Shown: positions 13,020 to 25,661 of the stretch, piece by piece | Numbering within the stretch: position 1 is the stretch's first letter | Layout: each line of letters starts with the position of its first letter | Assembly: GCA_964016885.1 (NCBI GenBank) | Contig: OZ024742.1 | Span: forward strand, 330,522,001-330,586,000 | Reading direction: 5' to 3' | DNA: 64,000 nt | Source: Eledone cirrhosa | Taxonomy: Eukaryota | Translations under genes and position numbers: made by a program | The notes under the pieces: generated by a model | The model's database searches: none | Told to the model about the DNA's origin: nothing | The model's input: only the letters and a program-made list of their open reading frames with translations

Positions 13020-15170
13020 GAATGTTCTAGCTCGCAGGTCTCGACCTGCTCTTCTAGATACTGTGCATATTTCATCAGACAAGAAGAAAGAGATTTATAA
13101 AGTAGCTGGTCAGTACTTGTAAGAACATTCTTTTGAATTTCCTAGAAGATAGATTTCCTAGGTTCGTTTTCTACATTTGAATACTTTTCTTATGGGAAAT
13201 AATTCTCCTATCAGTACCAGAAAAGTTTGGAATTAAGGTGCCATATTATGCTTATTTCAATTTCTCGACCATTATGCATTCTTTTGCAATCATTCGCTGA
13301 CACATTTCTTTGAATTGGTACAGTATAAATCGATGTTTTTTTTTAAATCTTAAATACTATTATGATAGTGGCTTTGATATATAGTGTGATCTTTGTCAAT
13401 GGTAGAGTCCAAATGATTGTTACTCCGTCATCTTTAGTTACTGGCTGTAGATCATACTAGTTCTCTGGATGTTCTGCATTATACAGGAGATAATGTCTAA
13501 TCTTATATTCAGTTGGTGTTAGTTTGGTGCATCCTGATATTATATGATCAATTGTTTCAAGCTGAGAATCACGTATTCTGCAGTGGAGTCTACTCCATGT
13601 CTGCGGATATTTGCCTGATACTTCTTAATAAAGAGCCTCTGATACTGGGCAGTAAAACAAAGCCTTGTCTCCGCTTTCAATCCCGAATTTCCCATCCACT
13701 GATGGGTTTGAATGTCAGCTACATTACACTATTAGGTGCAAAGTGGGAATTTGCCATACAGATGATTCTATAAATGTGTTTAGACCTTCTAGCTTTCAAT
13801 TGCTTTTTGGATTGTTGCTGCCATATTTGGAGTTATGTCAGCTTCATTATTTACATATATATATTTAATTTGATTATCCCCTGCCTACTTGAATACTGAA
13901 TAGAGTTTATTTTCGTTTTTGAGATGCCTTACTAAATACATCATCCAGCCATTGTGCTCTTTAGGTGCGTTTTTAAAACTATTGTAGCTTCTTTGTATGG
14001 CAGCTCCCGTTGGATTAGTCATCTCCCTCCTTCTGGTGTTGAAAATATAGGCGATCTACGTCTGCCTTCCAGTGATGCATTTTGTTGAATGTAAAGTGTT
14101 TTCTAGCTTTTTATTCCATTGTTTGAAGGTGATATATGTTCCAATTTTTGGTCCGATCAAGTCGTACAGCTAATAATTCATAGCCTGTTTACGGTCTTTA
14201 GAATGTAATTCACTTTTTAGGATCTTCCGTATGCTTCCCTTATTTATTCCTTCATTTGATTATATTTAATTCCATCACCTGTGTTTATAAGATATTTATG
14301 GGTATCGTCTGGGTTTAACTCCTTTGTGGTTCTATCTATATCGAGTTTAACAGATGATGGTTTTGTTAGCATTACTCTTTTAAACGCTGATTAGTCACCA
14401 ACGTTATTGCTAAATTGCTCCACAGTTGTTAAAATCATTCTAACGCTTTCAGCGTACAATTTAAGTCATGCATAAAAAACTAATTGTTAATGATCTCTTC
14501 GCTGCTGTACATCGTATAACTGTATCCAGTGTTGATGAGCTCATTTGAAATTTGAAGAAGAACCAATGCGAAACAGGAGAGGGTGGTAGAGTCGATTTTA
14601 AATATTCTACAATTAAATTTAAGTTTACCTGATTTTGTTATTTTTTAAAATTAGGGTTTTTACTTCGCTGTAGCATGCAGAATCGTAAAGAAAGTTAGAT
14701 ATTATCGAAGATATTATGGAAATTTCTAGGGTGACAAATATTCATTCACGTGGCAGAGTGCCATAGGCTTCTCTATAATCAAGTCAAGTAGGGCTTCGAT
14801 TTTTCATTTTGAATCGACAATTTTCTAGAATCATCTTATTAATTAATAGTTGATCTTTGTGTATGAGTTCCGCTTCCAACATTGTTCATTTGGAATAATT
14901 TCACTTTATTCAAGGAATTTGTATATCTCAGATAGTATAGAGGTCAGGGTTATGTAAGTCATGGTCAGATAAGTTATTGTCCTATAATTTTTGCCGCTTT
15001 GCTTTTCAGCTATTGTTGGGACAAGGCAAGTTGTGCTTTCTGTCAAGTAGTTCGGGGTTTCGTTCAGAGTTTGTATTATAGTTGTAATTTAATAGCAAGT
15101 ACTATATTCATCCCTGTAAGTACATTTAGGCAAAATGATTATTTTGTTCTCTTCTTTTTCGTTAGATTTC
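13020..15170 (-). mobile_element. Old decayed R4/Dong-type LINE of a different family
   Basis: Minus-strand remnants with stops/frameshifts: FM.DLKLYA (~14470), EGGR*LIQ (~14025), GLKAET (~13675), CRI.DSQLETIDHIISGC (~13560). Confidence 0.75.
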
Positions 15171-15224
15171 CATTATGTTTCAGCTTCCGACCTGGTCTCA
15201 ATTGGAGACCTAATACATTTCCTG

Positions 15225-15380
15225 TGAGGTTCAGCGATATTATCAATGTCATTTTACGTTCTGAGTTCAAGTCCCACCGAGTTTAGCTTTGCCTTTCATG
15301 CACTGGTGTTGAGTTAATCATATTTAATCTCTCCCCAAATTGCTGACCATTTGCCTATAGTAGAAATACTCATCATTATT
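15225..15380 (+). mobile_element. Degenerate SINE family A
   Basis: CTGAGTTCAAGTCCCACCGAG..TTTGCCTTTCAT and 3' GCCTATAGTAGAAA. Confidence 0.65.
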
Positions 15381-15389
15381 ATTGTTGTT

Positions 15390-15550
15390 GGGCGGTGGAT
15401 TGCCAGTACCGGTAGAAGGTCGGGCGCGATGCTTTGCAACATAGAATTATGTCCCTTTACAGTCTGAGTTCAAATCCCGCCGTGGTTAACTTTACCTTTC
15501 ATCCCTACGGGGAGTATTTGCGGCCTTATGCCAAAAGTAGAAACAGTTAT
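15390..15550 (+). mobile_element. SINE family A with internal deletion and (ATT/GTT)n tail
   Basis: GGATTGCCAGTACCGGTAGA head, GAGTTCAAATCCC, GCCAAAAGTAGAAACA end. Confidence 0.8.
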
Positions 15551-15614
15551 TATTGTTGTTGTTATTGTTATTATCATTATTATTGTTATTGATATTATTG
15601 TTGTTGTTATTATT

Positions 15615-16610
15615 TGGCACCTGGAATGTTGCCAGGCAGTCACTGCACTCTACCAAGCGTGCAATGCGATCAGTGGAACTTCCACTCTCGAGTTCTATAG
15701 AGGATTAGTCGTGAGCAAGTGCGATAACGCACTCGGAGAAGCTTTGGGCCTCGACGAAGTCGAACTGACCAGTCTGTACCGGAGGACTTTTGAGCCGGGG
15801 ACGATGGACAATTTCCAGAAATCCCTCGCTTGTCAGTGCCACCGGGGGGCACTGCCGGTTCGGGATAAACTCTAAATGCACGGAAGTGCTGTCAGGCGTA
15901 CCCGCCCAAGATGCGCACAGAACGACGAAACCGTTCTGCACGCACATGTCCAATGTCCGTGCATTACTGACTTGTGGAGTTATGTCGAACAGCTACTGTC
16001 GCGTGTGGAACGAATCCGGCTATCGGTCGAGTCCATACTGAAGATCGATCCACCGCCTACCTTAGGTCAGGAAGAGCAGGACATTTTCCTCTGTCTGGTG
16101 GCAGTTGCGAAAGAGATTATATGGTGGACCAGGTTGAAAGGACTAAAGACAGACACACTTCTCTTCGGCCAATCCCTCATCAACTTCTCCAAGTTTCACC
16201 TGGAAAGGAAGGTGAGGGTGGAGAGAGAAGGGATGCCCCCCCCCCCCCCCCCCAGTACATTTGCTAAAAGGTGGGTGAATGTGGAGAGAATGGCTCGTGT
16301 GAATGGGCCTGCTCTGACCATGCGTCTATAGGCTAGCTAACTTGAGGAGAGGGGTGCTCTCTTTGGGTACCCTAGAAGCGCAGGGTGGTTCAGGATTGGT
16401 GGGGTACCCGAATCACCCCAGGGTCGTCCACCCCCTATCGGGGAATTTATTTTGTTATATTTATGCATAGTTTATTTTATATTTTTTTTATTTTCATTGT
16501 TAAATTAGTCTTGCCATTGTGCACTTTTACTCGACCTTATTGTAAACCCCCACTGTCCCTGTCTTTGTATTGTTCCCTACATGTCGGCCCTTGTGGCTAA
16601 TACATGAAAT
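15615..16610 (+). mobile_element. L1/Tx1-clade LINE 3' fragment (zf-RVT region plus 3' UTR)
   Basis: GC-rich island; FQKSLACQCHRGALPVRDKL*.HG...PRCAQNDETVLHAHVQCP...LW...IWWTR is typical of the L1/Tx1 ORF2 C-terminal CCHC; embedded in ATT/GTT repeats. Confidence 0.8.
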
Positions 16611-17128
16611 CGTTATTATTATTGTTATTGTTATTATTATTATTTCAAATACATGGCACCTAAGCATAAGTAGGGGAATTTCCAACCTCACTTGTAGCTG
16701 TCAGTACATCAGATATTCATCAACGTTTACATATGTTGTTCTATATCTATTTAAGTCTTTAATACTAACAGTAAGATGGAGAACATCAATATAAGAGTTA
16801 TCCAATCACTAAAGCTTTATATATGTTATACGATTATAAGAAACCAATATTCTCTTTGTAAATAATATGAAGCCAAAATATAATTTGTATTTCTATTTAT
16901 GATCTATTATTAATGAAGCACAAAAACTTCTAAGATGAAATATTGTTATATTCAAAACGAAAGATCCATACGTATAGGGTAAAGTGTTGCTTTGATTACC
17001 TTGAAAGTACAAAGAATAATAAGTTGCACCTATATTGATCGGATATACGCATACATTCAAAACACACGCTGATGCACACACATATTCATATTTGATTTTA
17101 CACACACGCACACACACACACACACACG

Positions 17129-17196
<68 letters not shown>

Positions 17197-17200
<4 letters not shown>

Positions 17201-17320
17201 AGGCGTGTGGCTGAGCGGTTAGAGAATTGGATTCGCAATCGTATGGTTGTGAGTTCGATTCCTGGACCAGGCGATGCGTTATGTCCTTGAGCAAGACACT
17301 AAATTTCACGCTGCTCCTTC
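17197..17320 (+). mobile_element. tRNA-derived SINE family B (CORE-like body)
   Basis: A-box TGGCTGAGCGG, B-box GAGTTCGATTCC, followed by TGTCCTTGAGCAAGACACT. Confidence 0.8.
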
Positions 17321-18119
17321 TACCTGGAGTTGCGACCGATAGATAGTATTAGCAATTGGAAAGACCAACGGAAACATTGTTCCCTCGCTCCGATTAGACG
17401 AAAGTCGATCGTTCCTTTATATATATACATATATATATATATACCTATACATATATATATTTATATATATCAATATATGAAATATTAATAATATTTTATC
17501 TAACGTTTTGCGGCATTTTATATAATGGAATAGTTAGTTAAATAATTAATGTAAAGTCATATACATGTGTTCAAAAAAGCATGTTTCGTTTGGATGTGCA
17601 CATCTCTCTCACTGTGTGTGTGTGTGTGTTTATGTGTATATGCGTGTGCGTATGTGTTTATATATATTATATATATATATATATATATACATATGTATGT
17701 TGATCTCCAGTAGAATCGGCGGTATCCACCGATGATAAGCTACTGAATACGTGATGACAATGAAGGTTAAATAGAAAAGGCTTTTACGCGACTAGAAAAG
17801 TCTGTGAGCGTGTGTCCATTATATACTTATTCCCATACCCCCACCTTCATGATATGAGAAAGAGATTTTCAGTGATGAGCTGCTGTGGATGAGAAGGCGC
17901 CAACATCTCAACGTGTTCAGACCTATAGAACCTGCAGCAAACACCTGTATGAGTGTGCTGGATGCAACCCGGGAGATTTTGCCCGGGCAATGCGAGCCAT
18001 GGTGATCCGTGAATACATTAAGGCAAGCTGATGAGGAAAGATCATCGAACTGAAGACAGTTAGGTGTGTTTCTACAGCTACTTCTCCTCATCTGATGACA
18101 GTCATTTTTGCACCAGCTC

Positions 18120-18560
18120 AAAAATCTATTATATTTTAATCGACTTCATTCCTTCTCGATAAATACATCCTTGATATAATTGTATTTTCCCACCAGTTTC
18201 AGGGTATTTCCAGAAACATGCATATTTGATTGCGTATGATTTCTTCAGCGAGGCTAACACAAAATCCTGAGAAGAAGAATATTGCATAATGCCAATATTT
18301 CCTTATGCCCTATGTGGGATAAGAATAATTTATTGAAATAGCTGAGTATTATGAAGAATTTTGGTATTCTTTCGAAATATTTAACGGAAAGACATAATTG
18401 ATGGAGTGAGCAATCTATACATCCTATTTTTTTCATATAACACGAACAATCAGATACGGGTGAGCCCATTGAACAATAATCAGCCAAAGTAGGAAGGAAA
18501 GGAAATATGGAGTAGCAGTAATGACATAGTACCAGCATGGACTGAAACGTCACTATATAT
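18120..18560 (-). mobile_element. Possible Penelope-like RT relic
   Basis: CSMGSPVS in ORF 18254-18553 resembles PLE RT motif B (G.xMGSPxS); otherwise decayed. Confidence 0.35.
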
Positions 18561-19135
18561 AACCATTTAATTGTATCAATGAAAAATAAAATATATCATT
18601 GTATAAGAGATGTTATGTTAAGAAAGTCGTTAATTTCACACTTATACCTCCAAAACACAAGTGTAAACTCTGTTCACCCTTCTCTTAGTCATGCTTTTAC
18701 TTTGAAAGCTGTTATCTTCTCTATATTGCTTTTATATCCAAACATTATATAGTACAATTCATACTTATTGACTAATGTTTATATTCATTTTCACATAACG
18801 GTACGATTTGACAAAAAGAGAAACCCGCATATATATATATAGTGTTGGCCTCTTAAGAAGAAGCATTATTGTTACACATATAATTGAAAATAAATTTAAA
18901 TACTTTATTTTCATCTCAAGTAAAAAGATCTATGCATTTGAAAACTAAGTTTGAATTGGCTGAGATTCAAGATAGCCATAATTGATTTAAATAGATTATG
19001 TTTGTTTTAAGTGTGATAATTATTTCACAGTAATTAAAAATATAATATTGAAATAAATCTAAAAGTTGTCGCTCCATGCCAGAAATTACGAAATAACAAA
19101 ATGAATTACTTTTGTCCCCTATTTCATTTACGAAG

Positions 19136-19174
<39 letters not shown>

Positions 19175-19237
19175 ATTTGTTTCGGAAGGTTACAATCGAT
19201 GGCTACAACCTAATAGCTTTAACACAATTTCACACGG

Positions 19238-19342
<105 letters not shown>

Positions 19343-19439
19343 CAGAGGGTGAGAGAAAGAGAGGGGGGATGGGAGAGAGGTGGAGAGAGAGAAAGAAATA
19401 TGCTAATGCTTCTATACCCTGAAGCTTCTATACGCAACA

Positions 19440-20350
19440 GATCACTTTACCCGTTAGATATGACGGTTTATTATCTCCAACCTGCAGTCTCATCGGCCCC
19501 GCTGGCTTTTCGTTAGTCGGTGATGTCTTGCATTGTCCTCACCAACAGGTGTCACCACAATACAACTGAACCTAGAGTGACCGGGAAATATGAGGTGGCC
19601 TACCCAAAACTTAACCATTTCAGCGTTGGTGCTGTGGACGTCCATATCACTCTTCCATTCATACACGTTCAGTCATCCCAAGACAAATGGGATAGGCTGG
19701 TGCGCATCCTCGACCAGCACCGTCTGGTATGTTTTCATACAGACTCCACACTATCGTCTGGCTCCCTGCAATATGATCCTTTTTGACAGACTCTGGGCAG
19801 AATAGCGAGTGCTTACACATCGGTGTTTCCCTAATGCTCGGCCGCTGGATCTTTCAGCCTTACAAATTCGCTGCAGTTCAACAGTGGATACTTTCTGTTT
19901 CCACTCACTGTCAAACCATTATATTGTTCGTCTTCTCCCATGCCATGTTAGCCTGGACGAGATAATATGGCATGGTCTGGGTAGCGCAGTCTTCCCATAA
20001 CAGCTCGAGAAAATGAGGTTGGACCGAGGGGGCGAAAATCCATAGGCATGATATTTTACCCGGACCGCTGAGGCAGATCCATCGTCTGGGATGCTTCATG
20101 TTGTGAAACTTTTTCTAGCGGCAATCTGGTGCATAAGACTACCAGCCTAGGCTTCGTTGCTTGCTAAACAAAATGTTGCACTATCGGGCGCTGTTAGATT
20201 TATGCTTTAGTCAGTTGCTGTGAAGATTTTCACTGTTCTTAGCCCCTGGGCAATGCTCATACTCATTGCTATCGGAACGTTGGTGGCTCCTCGCAAATGA
20301 GAGCTACGCGAAATTATGTGGCTGTTCTAGGGAGTCTCTCTCGCTACCGT
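19440..20350 (-). mobile_element. Probable Gypsy/Ty3 integrase relic
   Basis: Higher-GC island; remnants FHNMKHP (HHCC start) and PFVLG*L...AEMV.....PG resembling the integrase C-terminal part. Confidence 0.45.
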
Positions 20351-20938
20351 CGAAGTGGACATACACTTAAGTTCCATTTATTGTGAAATCATGTCAATCA
20401 GGTTTACTTCCATAGGCATTAATACGAAGAAAGTGAAATCATTTAAACATACATTTAACTTAGTTGAAATTAGGTTTCAATATATGATTCGCAACAAGAT
20501 AAAAATATTATTGAAGCATTTTCAATCTACACGTACTAATTCGAGTTTGTGGAAACGACATTTGATCAGCACATTTCGAGGTATAAACACCATATTATTA
20601 GAGGAATACCCACAAATAATTACGCAGACAAACATCCGCTTATTAAACTAAATGACGGTAAATTTACTTCCTTAACCAATAAAAATATATTGAAGTAAAA
20701 TTCAGTGTTGGTGAATATATAACAATACACACACAGAAACATACACAGATATAGACACACACACACACACACAGACACACACACACCACACACACACATA
20801 TATATATATATATGTGAATATAGACATAGAATATTCGAAAATATTCTGTATGTTTATAATAAACATTTTGAAGACCTAATCGCTATAGAATAGAATACGT
20901 CACGTATTACAATTAGATTCTCGATAAAAGCAAGGGAA

Positions 20939-20981
20939 GTAATCTACGCGTTTCATTCTCGTTAGAAATCATCAGGACCAC
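20939..20981 (-). ncRNA. Type I hammerhead ribozyme (310-bp family)
   Basis: Reverse complement reads GTGGTC CTGATGA TTTCTAACGAGAAT GAAAC GC GTA GATTAC. Confidence 0.85.
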
Positions 20982-21524
20982 ATATCCAGTGCTTTTATCG
21001 AGAATGACACAGCTAGAGACTTATAGAATACTTAGCTGTGTACAGGAACTGGTTTGAAAGAGCGGTTGCCGGTCCGGCAGAAATTAGAAATTGGAATAAA
21101 TGCTCTGAAATAGCGATATATATGTGAATATAGACATAGAATATTCGAAAATATTCTGTATGTTTATAATAAACATTTTGAAGACCTAATCGCTATAGAA
21201 TAGAATACGTCACGTATTACAATTAGATTTCTAACGAGAATGAAACGCGTAGATTACTTCCCTTGCTTTTATCGAGAATCTAATTGTAATACGTGACGTA
21301 TTCTATTCTATAGCGATTAGGTCTTCAAAATGTTTATTATAAACATACAGAATATTTTCGAATATTCTATGTCTATATTCACATATATATCGCTATTTCA
21401 GAGCATTTATTCCAATTTCTAATTTCTGCCGGACCGGCAACCGCTCTTTCAAACCAGTTCCTGTACACAGCTAAGTATTCTATAAGTCTCTAGCTGTGTC
21501 ATTCTCGATAAAAGCACTGGATAT

Positions 21525-21567
21525 GTGGTCCTGATGATTTCTAACGAGAATGAAACGCGTAGATTAC
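21525..21567 (+). ncRNA. Type I hammerhead ribozyme (310-bp family)
   Basis: Stem I GTGGTC/GATTAC, core CTGATGA and GAAA, stem II TTCT-AACG-AGAA, palindromic stem III ACGCGT, GUA triplet (cut after 21561); stem I extended by a 16-bp helix 21501-21516/21574-21589. Confidence 0.85.
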
Positions 21568-21834
21568 TTCCCTTGCTTTTATCGAGAATCTAATTGTAAT
21601 ACGTGACGTATTCTATTCTATAGCGATTAGGTCTTCAAAATGTTTATTATAAACATACAGAATATTTTCGAATATTCTATGTCTATATTCACATATATAT
21701 CGCTATTTCAGAGCATTTATTCCAATTTCTAATTTCTGCCGGACCGGCAACCGCTCTTTCAAACCAGTTCCTGTACACAGCTAAGTATTCTATAAGTCTC
21801 TAGCTGTGTCATTCTCGATAAAAGCACTGGATAT

Positions 21835-21877
21835 GTGGTCCTGATGATTTCTAACGAGAATGAAACGCGTAGATTAC
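21835..21877 (+). ncRNA. Type I hammerhead ribozyme (310-bp family)
   Basis: Identical to 21525-21567, +310. Confidence 0.85.
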
Positions 21878-22144
21878 TTCCCTTGCTTTTATCGAGAATC
21901 TAATTGTAATACGTGACGTATTCTATTCTATAGCGATTAGGTCTTCAAAATGTTTATTATAAACATACAGAATATTTTCGAATATTCTATGTCTATATTC
22001 ACATATATATCGCTATTTCAGAGCATTTATTCCAATTTCTAATTTCTGCCGGACCGGCAACCGCTCTTTCAAACCAGTTCCTGTACACAGCTAAGTATTC
22101 TATAAGTCTCTAGCTGTGTCATTCTCGATAAAAGCACTGGATAT

Positions 22145-22187
22145 GTGGTCCTGATGATTTCTAACGAGAATGAAACGCGTAGATTAC
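22145..22187 (+). ncRNA. Type I hammerhead ribozyme (310-bp family)
   Basis: Identical to 21525-21567, +620. Confidence 0.85.
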
Positions 22188-22354
22188 TTCCCTTGCTTTT
22201 ATCGAGAATCTAATTGTAATACGTGACGTATTCTATTCTATAGCGATTAGGTCTTCAAAATGTTTATTATAAACATACAGAATATTTTCGAATATTCTAT
22301 GTCTATATTCACATATATATCGCTATTTCAGAGCATTTATTCCAATATATATAT

Positions 22355-22463
<109 letters not shown>

Positions 22464-22469
22464 TAGATA

Positions 22470-23940
22470 CATAAGCAAAAGGATTAGTGAATGAAAGAGT
22501 TACAAGCCGTTCAAATATTTTTTTATATAGCTTTTACACGTGTTTCGCCCAAGTAGGCATATATTAAAAGCAAAGTTTTTACTTATAGACCCTAACAGGG
22601 TAAAATAATAATTTGTCATCGCCATGCATAGTAATTTTAAATGTTATTAGTATAAACACGGTAAGGGAGGTAATTGCCGGGAAGTAATTGCATAACTTAT
22701 GACCACTACCAGCTATGAAAAAAACGTTGTTCTTTTTAAAGTAACATATGTGGGGTTTGTCAACTCAGTATAACTGCTGACTTGTTTAGGTGTGAATATG
22801 ATAGACTATTGGCAAAGTCATTAAATACTGCACACAAGTATACCTAATGCAAGGGAGAACGTTGGGTTCGAATGTGAAGGTCTAGAAAAATAATGTCAAT
22901 TTCGATCGAAGTTGTATGTTTATATGATCAATTATCTAAGAAGTTATTCGGGTTTAGGCAGCAGGGTCGTAAGATTACTTAAAGCCGGTCCGGCCAAGAA
23001 GGAGAATATAGCGGGGGTAGGCCCGACCGAATATTGGCTGTGCAGCTTCCTGGGAAAACAGTGGGTAGATGATGGTGTTATTCCACGCGGGTAAGTCAGG
23101 ACGGGGTGCGGTGTTGAGAGCCTCAGGAATTCTAGTGGTTATTCAGTTGCTGGGGTCCATCTGTAGAATGATTGTTGTAGTCGGTGGCCGCAATTGATGA
23201 CAGTTTTTGCCCCACTATTTATGAGTTCCTGGGGTGCTTTCACTATATAATACAGTTCCATTAGGCAGAGCTTGCAGCTTTGTTTGAGATCATAATGTGT
23301 TGCTTGGTTCACAATTTCCCATTGATTGGTGTAGCTAATGTTAGAGTCAGTTAATTGGCTAATATAATTAGCGAGGGATATAGGGTATCTAAGTTTTCTA
23401 TTCCTAAATGAGTGGAGATGTGCTCGAAATCTAGTCTTGAATTCCTCTGTAGTAGCTCCTATATATGACTTAACACTATTAAAACTTGTAACTGTGCATC
23501 AATAGATAACGTTTCTAGTCAAGCAGTAGTCTGGGAGTGGACAGTTGATAGTGTTCCTAGAGTTGCAATGTTTTTTGTTGTCACCTCTAAGGTGGTGAGG
23601 GCTGGTGTTAACCTATTTCTATTAGTATCACCATCACCATAGCTGCCATTATTGTGGTTGGATCTATTACAGTTATATTCATGCGAAATAGTGCTATGTT
23701 TATTTCTCGTGTTATAGCGTCTTCTACAGCCGTTGTTATAGTTGCTATGGTTTCTAACCCTGTTGTCGGTCTCAGTACTGGCGCTGCAATTGATTTCTAA
23801 GGTGGTGTTTTTGTGCATGTTACTGTTAACACTAAGATTCCTGTCCTGGTGACTAATATCGTTATCGTGCCGGGCGACCGAATTGTTAATGTTGACGGAG
23901 TTGTCATGTTCCCTAATGTTCGCATTACGATACTGTAACC
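22470..23940 (-). mobile_element. Penelope-like element 3' part (N/T/H-rich linker, GIY-YIG endonuclease, 3' UTR)
   Basis: Minus strand 23200-23520 reads YIGATTEEFKTRFRAHLHSFRN...SLANYI...WEIV...CKLCLMELYYI; HHR-like remnant GGC GAAAC ACGT GTA at 22530-22571. Confidence 0.85.
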
Positions 23941-23959
23941 TATTATATATATATATATA

Positions 23960-24032
23960 TAAATGTAAGTATGTACACGTACATACATATATGTATACAG
24001 ACTTACAGTAGTATGTATATATATACATACAT

Positions 24033-24072
<40 letters not shown>

Positions 24073-24598
24073 GTATGGGTTTACCGAACATTTATTATAA
24101 TGCTCGGTTTGTTTGTAAACAAACAGCCCGAATTACGCCGTACAGTGTTTGGCAACCATCGTTGCCCTTTTGTTCAAAACTGACAAAGGAACGATGTACT
24201 AGTTTCTAGCTTATTAGCTATCGTCACCATCGTATACCTTTCTGTCAGATGATTGAATGTTTGAAAGTGTATACTTTCCTTATGCATATTAACGGCTGAG
24301 CAGCCTAATTTGCTTATCGCGTGAGTTAGTCGACCGGGCGAACCGAAAACGATGAAAGGGCAACGATGGTTACCAAACACTTACGGCGAAATTCGGGATG
24401 TTTGTTTACAAACAAACCGAGCATTATAATAAATGTTCGGTAAACCCATACGTGCATATATATATATGTGTACATGTATGTATATATATATATACATACT
24501 ACTGTACGTCTGTATACATATAAGTACGTGTACATACTTACATTTAAGTATCAGCCGTACTAAGCGTTAGAAATGAAAATTCGTTTCATCATTTTTCC

Positions 24599-24602
<4 letters not shown>
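23960..24602. mobile_element. Short non-coding foldback element (arms ~23960-24170 / 24355-24546, tail to ~24602) with an HHR in the spacer
   Basis: Arms are reverse complements (GCACGTATGGGTTTACCGAACATTTATTATAATGCTCGG...); flanked by (TA)n. Confidence 0.8.
24191..24233 (-). ncRNA. Type I hammerhead ribozyme, C3G core substitution
   Basis: ACGATG GTGACGA TAGCT-AATA-AGCTA GAAAC TA GTA CATCGT; stem I extends through an internal loop to 24180/24248. Confidence 0.75.
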
Positions 24603-24659
<57 letters not shown>

Positions 24660-24660
<1 letters not shown>

Positions 24661-25553
24661 ACGAGGTGTGTTAGAAAAGTTCCAGGACTGATCTCACAAA
24701 AGATTTATTTCAAACCCAAACTTCAGACTAAGAGTTTTCTCCTACAAATTAATCCTCCTGGAGTCTAATACACTTTTCCATCCTTTTCTGCCACGCTTGC
24801 ATGCAATCCTGGAAGGATTCTTCCGGGATCCTCCGCAGTTCCGTCGTCACAGCCTTTTTGATGTCGTCCACGCCTTCAAAACTGGTCCTCTCCGGGTCGT
24901 ACTCGAAGATCCATGACTCGTCACCGGTGATGACTGTCCCTAGCAAGTCTAGTTCAATTTCAAGACGCTCGAGGACGTTCTGGCACACTTGCACGCGTTG
25001 ACCCTTCTGGTCATCGTTAATCAGTTTTGGCAACATTCTTCGCGCAGACTTTCCGCATGTCAACATCTTCAGTGAGATTCTTCCAGACACATTCCAGATT
25101 CATACCCAGCTCATTTGCCATCAGTCGAATAGTCAGCCGACAATCGCTACGCACCATCTGCCTGACGCGCTCAATTTTGACATCAGTCCTGGTTGTTGAG
25201 GGCCTTCCGCTCCTGGGGTCATCTTGCACCACTCAAAAACACGTGAGCGTGACATCGTCTCATCTCCATACACTTGCTGCAACAATCCCAGTGCTTATGA
25301 CGGAGTTTTCCCCAACCGTACCAGAAACTTCATGTTTGTTCGTTGCTCTTTGCTCATTGCTTGACGACCTGAAACAGAGGACATGTATATAAAATTATGA
25401 AGAAAAACGTGTGATCGCTGCAGAGAGCTAAGATTACAGTTGCATACTCCAGGGGGATTACTTTGAATGAGAAAACCCTTAGTGTGAAGTATGGGATTGA
25501 AATAAATCTTTTGTGACATCAGTTCTGGAGGAACTTTTCTGAGACACCACTTA
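24660..25553 (-). mobile_element. Mariner (Tc1/mariner) DNA transposon, internally deleted and frameshifted
   Basis: ~55-bp TIRs (TACGAGGTGTGTTAGAAAAGTTCC...ACAAAAGATTTATTTCAA and inverse); EQRTNMKFLVRLGKT, DDPRSGRP, ITGDESWIFEYDPE joined directly to the C-terminus, so the 2nd and 3rd catalytic Asp are missing. Confidence 0.93.
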
Positions 25554-25587
25554 CATACATAAATATATATATATAAATGTATAGCTA

Positions 25588-25661
<74 letters not shown>

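Larger units (their letters stand above)
20806..22346. mobile_element. Retrozyme-like non-coding tandem array, 310-bp unit: 1.4 units on minus (20806-21229) fused to 3.6 units on plus (21226-22346)
   Basis: CTAACGAGAA recurs at 21231, 21541, 21851, 22161; TATGTGAATA at 20811, 21121; copies identical by eye; one HHR per unit; (TA)n on both sides. Confidence 0.9.

Noticed and set aside
17197-17270. tRNA gene
   Set aside because: A and B boxes are present but there is no clean cloverleaf, and it continues into a SINE body.
20806-22346. CRISPR array or plain satellite
   Set aside because: No unique spacers; eukaryotic context; the ribozyme fold and inversion fit a retro-derived array better.
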